Below are positions 59,036 through 64,000 of a stretch of 64,000 nucleotides of DNA, piece after piece. The notes beneath the pieces are model-generated. The model saw nothing but the letters and a program-made list of their open reading frames with translations, had not been told where the DNA came from and searched no databases. The stretch comes from an uncultured delta proteobacterium. GTDB taxonomy: Bacteria; Desulfobacterota; Desulfomonilia; Desulfomonilales; Desulfomonilaceae. The translations under genes were made by a program, and so were the position numbers. Location of the stretch: NCBI GenBank assembly GCA_963789265.1, contig CAWBKB010000004.1:268586-332585 (forward strand), given 5' to 3'. The first letter of the stretch is position 1, and each line of letters begins with the position of its first letter.

Positions 59036-60290
59036 TTACCCAGAGTCACTGCCGGATCTTTGGGTCAGCTTTTCATAAATAGTTATGTAACGCTCGACAA
59101 GCACGCGCCAGTCCCGATTGGCTTCGACCCACTTACGGGCCCGAGTCCCCAGATCAGTTCGTAGATCTCTGTCTCCTGCCAGCTTTGCACATATTGAAGC
59201 CAAATCCGATACGTTTTCAGACTTAAAAACCAATCCGTTCACGCCGTCCTGTACCATTTCAAGATGTCCGCCGACATCGCTTGCAATGAGAGGCTTTGCC
59301 ATGGCCATGATTTCCAACGGTTTCAGGGGGGTCACCAACCGCGTTTCCCGGGTGTCCCTGCGAGGAAGGACCAGAAAGTCGCAAATCCTATAGAACGCCG
59401 TGACCTCGCTGTGCGGCACACGCCCCGTGAAGACCACTCTGTCGGAAATCCCCGCATCCGCAACCATTTTCCGCAAAGACGGCATAAGCTCCCCATCACC
59501 CACCATAAGCAAAGCAAGATTCGGCAATTCCCGCGCGAGCCGGGTCATGGTCTCGACGAGAAGGTCGAGACCTTCATAGTTGAAAAAATAACCGATGTAC
59601 CCGAACACCACTTTGCCGCGCAAGCCAAGCCTTTCTCGCATGTTCTCGTCGGGCGGACCGGGGGTAAAAGTCTTTACGTCGACACCGTTAGGGACAACAT
59701 AAATCCTTTCGCTACTAATCCCGCGGGAAACAATTTCTGCTTTGAGCGAGTCACCGATCGCGGCAACATAGGCTCGCTCCTTTCAACGCCCTGTCGTCCA
59801 AAGAGCGCACCACTCGGTAGCGCAGCGATTGCTCACGAAACTTTCCTCGGCCCGAGTGAGAATCTTCCCAAATCCCCCTCATTTCGTACACGGACGGGAT
59901 GTTTTCCCACTTGCCGACTGTGTTTGCCACAAGGCCGCACGTGAAGGGCGAATGCCCATGAATCACGGCCGGCCGGTACTTCCTTGCCACGCGCAGGGCC
60001 GCCTTTAGGAGGAGCAAATTCTGCACAACCCGCAGAGCGGCTTTTACGGGACTCTTGTCCTGCACTTCCCGGGTAGGGGATAGGATATTGCCACCCGTCC
60101 TAAAGTAGCGGACCCCGTCAATGTATTCGCTATGTTCCGCGTCAAGTTCTCCCAGAGGCGCTTGTGAGGGTGACGTGATGACCAATGGTATCAGCCCTTT
60201 TTCGAGCTGTTTGGTCACAATTTCGCGGCTCCGGATGGCATATCCGTGAGTGCCGGGAACCGATCTATGAAGAAGGTGCAACACGCGCAT
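59036..60290 (-). CDS. Family 4 glycosyltransferase, frameshifted near 59770
   Basis: N-half MRVLH..GYAIRS..YEMRGIWEDS; C-half VPNGVD, YEGLD, TPLKPLEIMA..SDVGG. Confidence 0.85.
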
Positions 60291-60305
60291 AGGAGAATCT
60301 CCAAG

Positions 60306-62494
60306 TCAACTTAGTAACCCACCAAAGGCAGAGAATTCATTAGACCGCAAGAGATCGGCGGTTCGAGACGGCAAAAGTGTCCAAGGAAGATCGCGAGGGA
60401 CACTGAGCCGGCTGCTCGAAGGTTTGAAGGCTGCCAGCAGACCACTGGGAAGCCGAACCTTCATGCTTCTCCTAACGGTCGGCGTCGGACTTTTTGAGCC
60501 GTAATACCGCGAATACCATCCTCCCAGAGGATCGAATCCTCCGCATAGGATGGACACTTCTTCAGAATGGCGGCCAAAGAACATGATGTCCAGCTTATGC
60601 ATGTCGAACTCCGCGGACAAGCCACCTGATGCCCGTCGCCGGAGTTTCCAACGAGGGTCGAAATGGAGCCGCCATTCCACTTCATGCTCTCCGGTTCCAT
60701 CCACATCGTCCAAAATAATGACCCCCCTACCCAAAATGTGGATCAGGAAGCGACGCTGCACGATTGATCCCCAATTGACCGCTCCTCGCAATAACTTCCA
60801 ACCGTCTCCCGTAAAAGTTTGCTCCTGTTTTATTCTCAGAGGGCCTGACCATCGGAAGGTCCCCAGTGGTTCCACGGGGTCTTTATCGTCCAACCGTATG
60901 GTGTTGTGGGCCGTACAAGAGCGAAAGTAATTGCGCCAAATAGGGCGCCCGTTATAGAGACACGTTCCCGGGTCAACAACCACAGGATTTCCGCTATAAT
61001 GCAGAATGAACGATAGGCCGTCGGCGTGTCCGTGACCGTAAGCGGGCGCTATCCCCAGAGGGCCTGTATCGAAGATGATGCTGAATTGCGGGTCCCTGCT
61101 TATCTGGTAACCGCCGTGCTCGAAAACCAGCATGGAAAACCCGGACGCGGCGTCGGCTTCCCGGCTCGCTGCATCTTTTAAAGCATTGAATGCAATCAGC
61201 CCGTCTTGGCCCAGCATTAGGTAGGCTTCAGCAGAGAAGGTTGCAGGGGGGGCGGCCAATCGAGGTTCACCGAGCAACACTGAGGCGATCGCAGGCAGCG
61301 ACCTGAAATCCCAGAAATCGGAAAGGCGCCAACCCACTGCCAGTCCAGTGTCGGAATCGCCTATCATAGGCACATCGCCACAGTCCGGTCCCAGGTTTCT
61401 AATAAAATCCAACCCATTGACGAGCCGCTCCTTCACCACGCCTGACAATTGAGGTCCTTGTTCGCGGGTCAAGAAAAGAACCCGCAAGGAGAAACTCCGC
61501 CACAAAGCGAAAATAGCCGGTGGCCTGCTCGGCATAAACCCCGTCAGGCAAAATCACGTTGGGGACAAGCCTATTAAGTATCCTCACAGACCGTTCGCAC
61601 CACTTGGAAGAATTCAAGAACAGCGGATACAATGTCGAAATGCAGAAAAGGGCCGAACATTCTCCCAGTAGGTGGTTCCCCTCTGTATGGTGGACAGTGA
61701 GTTCCTTTTCCAGGTGAACCCCGTGCATATACAGACAAGGTATGAACCGGGATAGGAAGGGTGCATCCCATGCCGGGCTATTGGAACATAGGATGTGGCA
61801 CCGCGCCAACGACAGCGCACGAAGAGCAACCTCCAGATTGCTGGACCATTGAACCCCGTTACCGGATAAGAGTACGCTGTCCAGCCAGCTTTCCAGATGC
61901 TCCTTCGCCCCAACCGCGAAACGATCCTCCCCGGTGAGCCTCCAGGATGCGCCCAGCCAGAGCAGGTGCTGAAATCTATTCAGCTCCCAACACCATTTCA
62001 CATCGCGGTCAGGCCGTTTGGGATCGTGCGAAACATCTATGTCAGAGTAGTATTCAGGGGGCCAGACTTCCAAGGCCGCTTCAGATTCCATAGTTCCGGA
62101 CCACTGGATCGGTCTTGAATGGTAGACTTCCTTCCACTGAAAAAACGGAAACCAGCCGTCGAGAACCCTCTCGGCCCTGGAGATCACCTGGCATTTTTCT
62201 TCGGGAAAAACGGCCTCAAAGGTATCCCAGAAACGCCCGGTCCTGCCACCATCCGGGTGGTAAAGACTTCAAGAGCGCTTCGTGGACGGCATGGGGCGCT
62301 TTTGCAGGGCCCGTTGTCAACCACTCGGTGCGCCGGGCCCACAGTCGATTCCAGGACATAGCCTGATGATCGGCTTGCAATCTTTGCTTCTCGGATCTGT
62401 GGCGTAACCACGATCTTATACGGTAAAAGGGCTCGTCGATACGAAGTGTACTTAGTCGGCGGGTGTAATATGCCCATCTTGATACGTTCATCAC
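60306..62494 (-). CDS. Heparinase II/III-family protein split by frameshifts (near 62200 and 61490)
   Basis: WELNRFQH, NHLLGE, EQATGY, GDSD, HGHAD.LS, DPGT..Y, AHNT spread over three consecutive ORFs. Confidence 0.82.
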
Positions 62495-62583
62495 ATCGCT
62501 GGTGGCAAAGGGTTTTGGAATTTGATCACTGAAAAGACAACTCCGCAGTGCCCTGTCGATCGAACGGCACGACGGACGGTGTA

Positions 62584-63235
62584 CTAAAGAAAGCGATATA
62601 TCTTTTTCGGAATGTGGAACTCACGCTTGTTCAAAATAATTCCCAGTATGTCTGCCCCCGCGGATTTCAGCTTGTCGAGCGCGTAATCCACAACTTCCGA
62701 CCGGGTGCGCTCGGACTCAACCACCAGAACTACTCCATCAGTCACTTCAGACATTCTGGTCACGTCAACAAACGGAATTACCGGAGGACTATCCACCAGA
62801 ATGTACCTAAATTTGTCTTTCAACACGTCGAGAACTTCCGGAATGCGATCAAGATCAGATTCGTAAGACACCACACTGTCGGTCATTTTAGGCCGCCCCG
62901 CGGGAATGACTGAAAATCCGTATTTGTCCACCTTTTTTATTGCGTCGCGCAAGTGGGTAGACCGTTGCAATACCCCAGCAAAGAGCCGTCCCCTTTCAGG
63001 TTCAACATTTCGCGCAATGAAAGGGTGCCTCAGGTTGGCTTCTACAAGGATTACCTCGTTGGAGGGGTGAAGGCGAGCCATAAAAGGGCCAGGGCCAACG
63101 TAATCGAGCTCACGCCTTCACCGGGGTGAGAGAAGTGAACAGGACTACCCTTGATTCGAACGCACCGTCATTGCTGAATATACTACGTTCCAGTCGTAAG
63201 AATTATTTCTAAAGCGGATGGAGATCTTTGATCAT
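62584..63235 (-). CDS. CpsD/CapB-family tyrosine-kinase-like protein with frameshifts in the 5' part; start approximate
   Basis: LVEANLRHP, ILVDSPPV, DGVVLVV, LGIILNK; upstream frames give VVLFTS..PGEGVSS. Confidence 0.75.
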
Positions 63236-64000
63236 CAAACTCCCCTTCTTTCCAGGGCCACGTTCCCTGAATAACCCTCGCAAAATGGAAAGTCGGAGGA
63301 AGAGCGAGAAAGTCTGCAAATACGTAGTAAAAACATAAAACTCCTTTAATTTACCAAATGTTAAATATGTTACATGACCATATAACATGAAGTATCTGAT
63401 ATAACAATTGACAATAACAGGTATATTTGATATGATTACATCCAGAGCCAAGTTTGCGCGAAGAATCGTATAATAGCCGAAGCACGGTACTACCCACCAT
63501 AGAGGCCGGAAGTGACGCTTTATCATAACCATAGCTTTGACGACCTGATCTTTAATGCGGAGAAGCTTGCTTTGCCGGAGATCGCGGAAGCGCTGCCAAC
63601 CCAAAAGCAACGGTCTCGCACAAATCCACGTGAGGTTCAGACCAGGCTCCGCAGATAGCTGCGCATCCTGAAGACCCCAGTCTGTCCCCTTTTGGACGAA
63701 CTCCTGAGGCTGAGAAGTCGATTGGTTTTCGGCATCCGGCGACTTGGACCTCTGCCGCCATGATATTCTGTGTGGCGATGATGGCCATGATCTTCTCACA
63801 TCATTTGGTCGGACGGCTATTGCGTGGGACGAAGCTTCTGTTTTCGACAGCCGGGGATCACAAATTCCGGGGATGTGTTCGAGAATGCTTTGGAGAAGGA
63901 AGTGCAAATACTCAAAAGCCCCCGGATCTCTCAGCTATTGGCACATAGATCTCTATGACCGAGGACCCGCCTGTTTGCCAGGACAATTTCGGATGCGTAG

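Noticed and set aside
63209..63907. 232 aa minus-strand ORF and nested ORFs at the window end
   Set aside because: No recognisable domain, and it crosses AT-rich promoter-like DNA; only its last codons may belong to the CpsD-like gene.

Overview
A gene-dense 64 kb bacterial chromosomal window. Gene content (DsrE2/TusA/NarI-like/CCG sulfur module, HcpR-hcp cluster, TSUP+DUF1634 with many single-domain receivers, sigma54 activator, LPS core genes) suggests an anaerobic Gram-negative Desulfobacterota (deltaproteobacterial) genome; this is inferred, not shown. In order: SAM methyltransferase; a complete IS1182-family element (15 bp imperfect IRs, TTCA duplication) sitting in the loop of a REP-like hairpin; a dsrE2-tusA-narI-like-hdrD-like operon; HtrA-like protease; lipB-pdhABC-lpdA; ankyrin protein; phoU behind a consensus sigma54 promoter; a two-component cluster with a probable pseudokinase plus TSUP/DUF1634; hcpR divergent from a nitrosative-stress cluster with two identical TTGACTTAAGTCAA boxes; vapBC; a NitT/TauT ABC transporter; an 8-PAS kinase with twin Rcp1-like receivers and a sigma54 activator; LPS genes; an L,D-transpeptidase; and an exopolysaccharide cluster. 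Intergenic regions hold several REP/RPE/MITE-like palindrome families, often nested. At least eight genes carry apparent single-base indels and one has an in-frame TAG, most simply explained by sequencing/assembly error. Best candidates for new biology: the TusA/DsrE2-coupled DsrMK-like module, an unassigned multi-hairpin element at 41718-41863, REP-loop targeting by IS1182, and sigma54 control of a stand-alone phoU. No rRNA, tRNA or CRISPR array was recognised.
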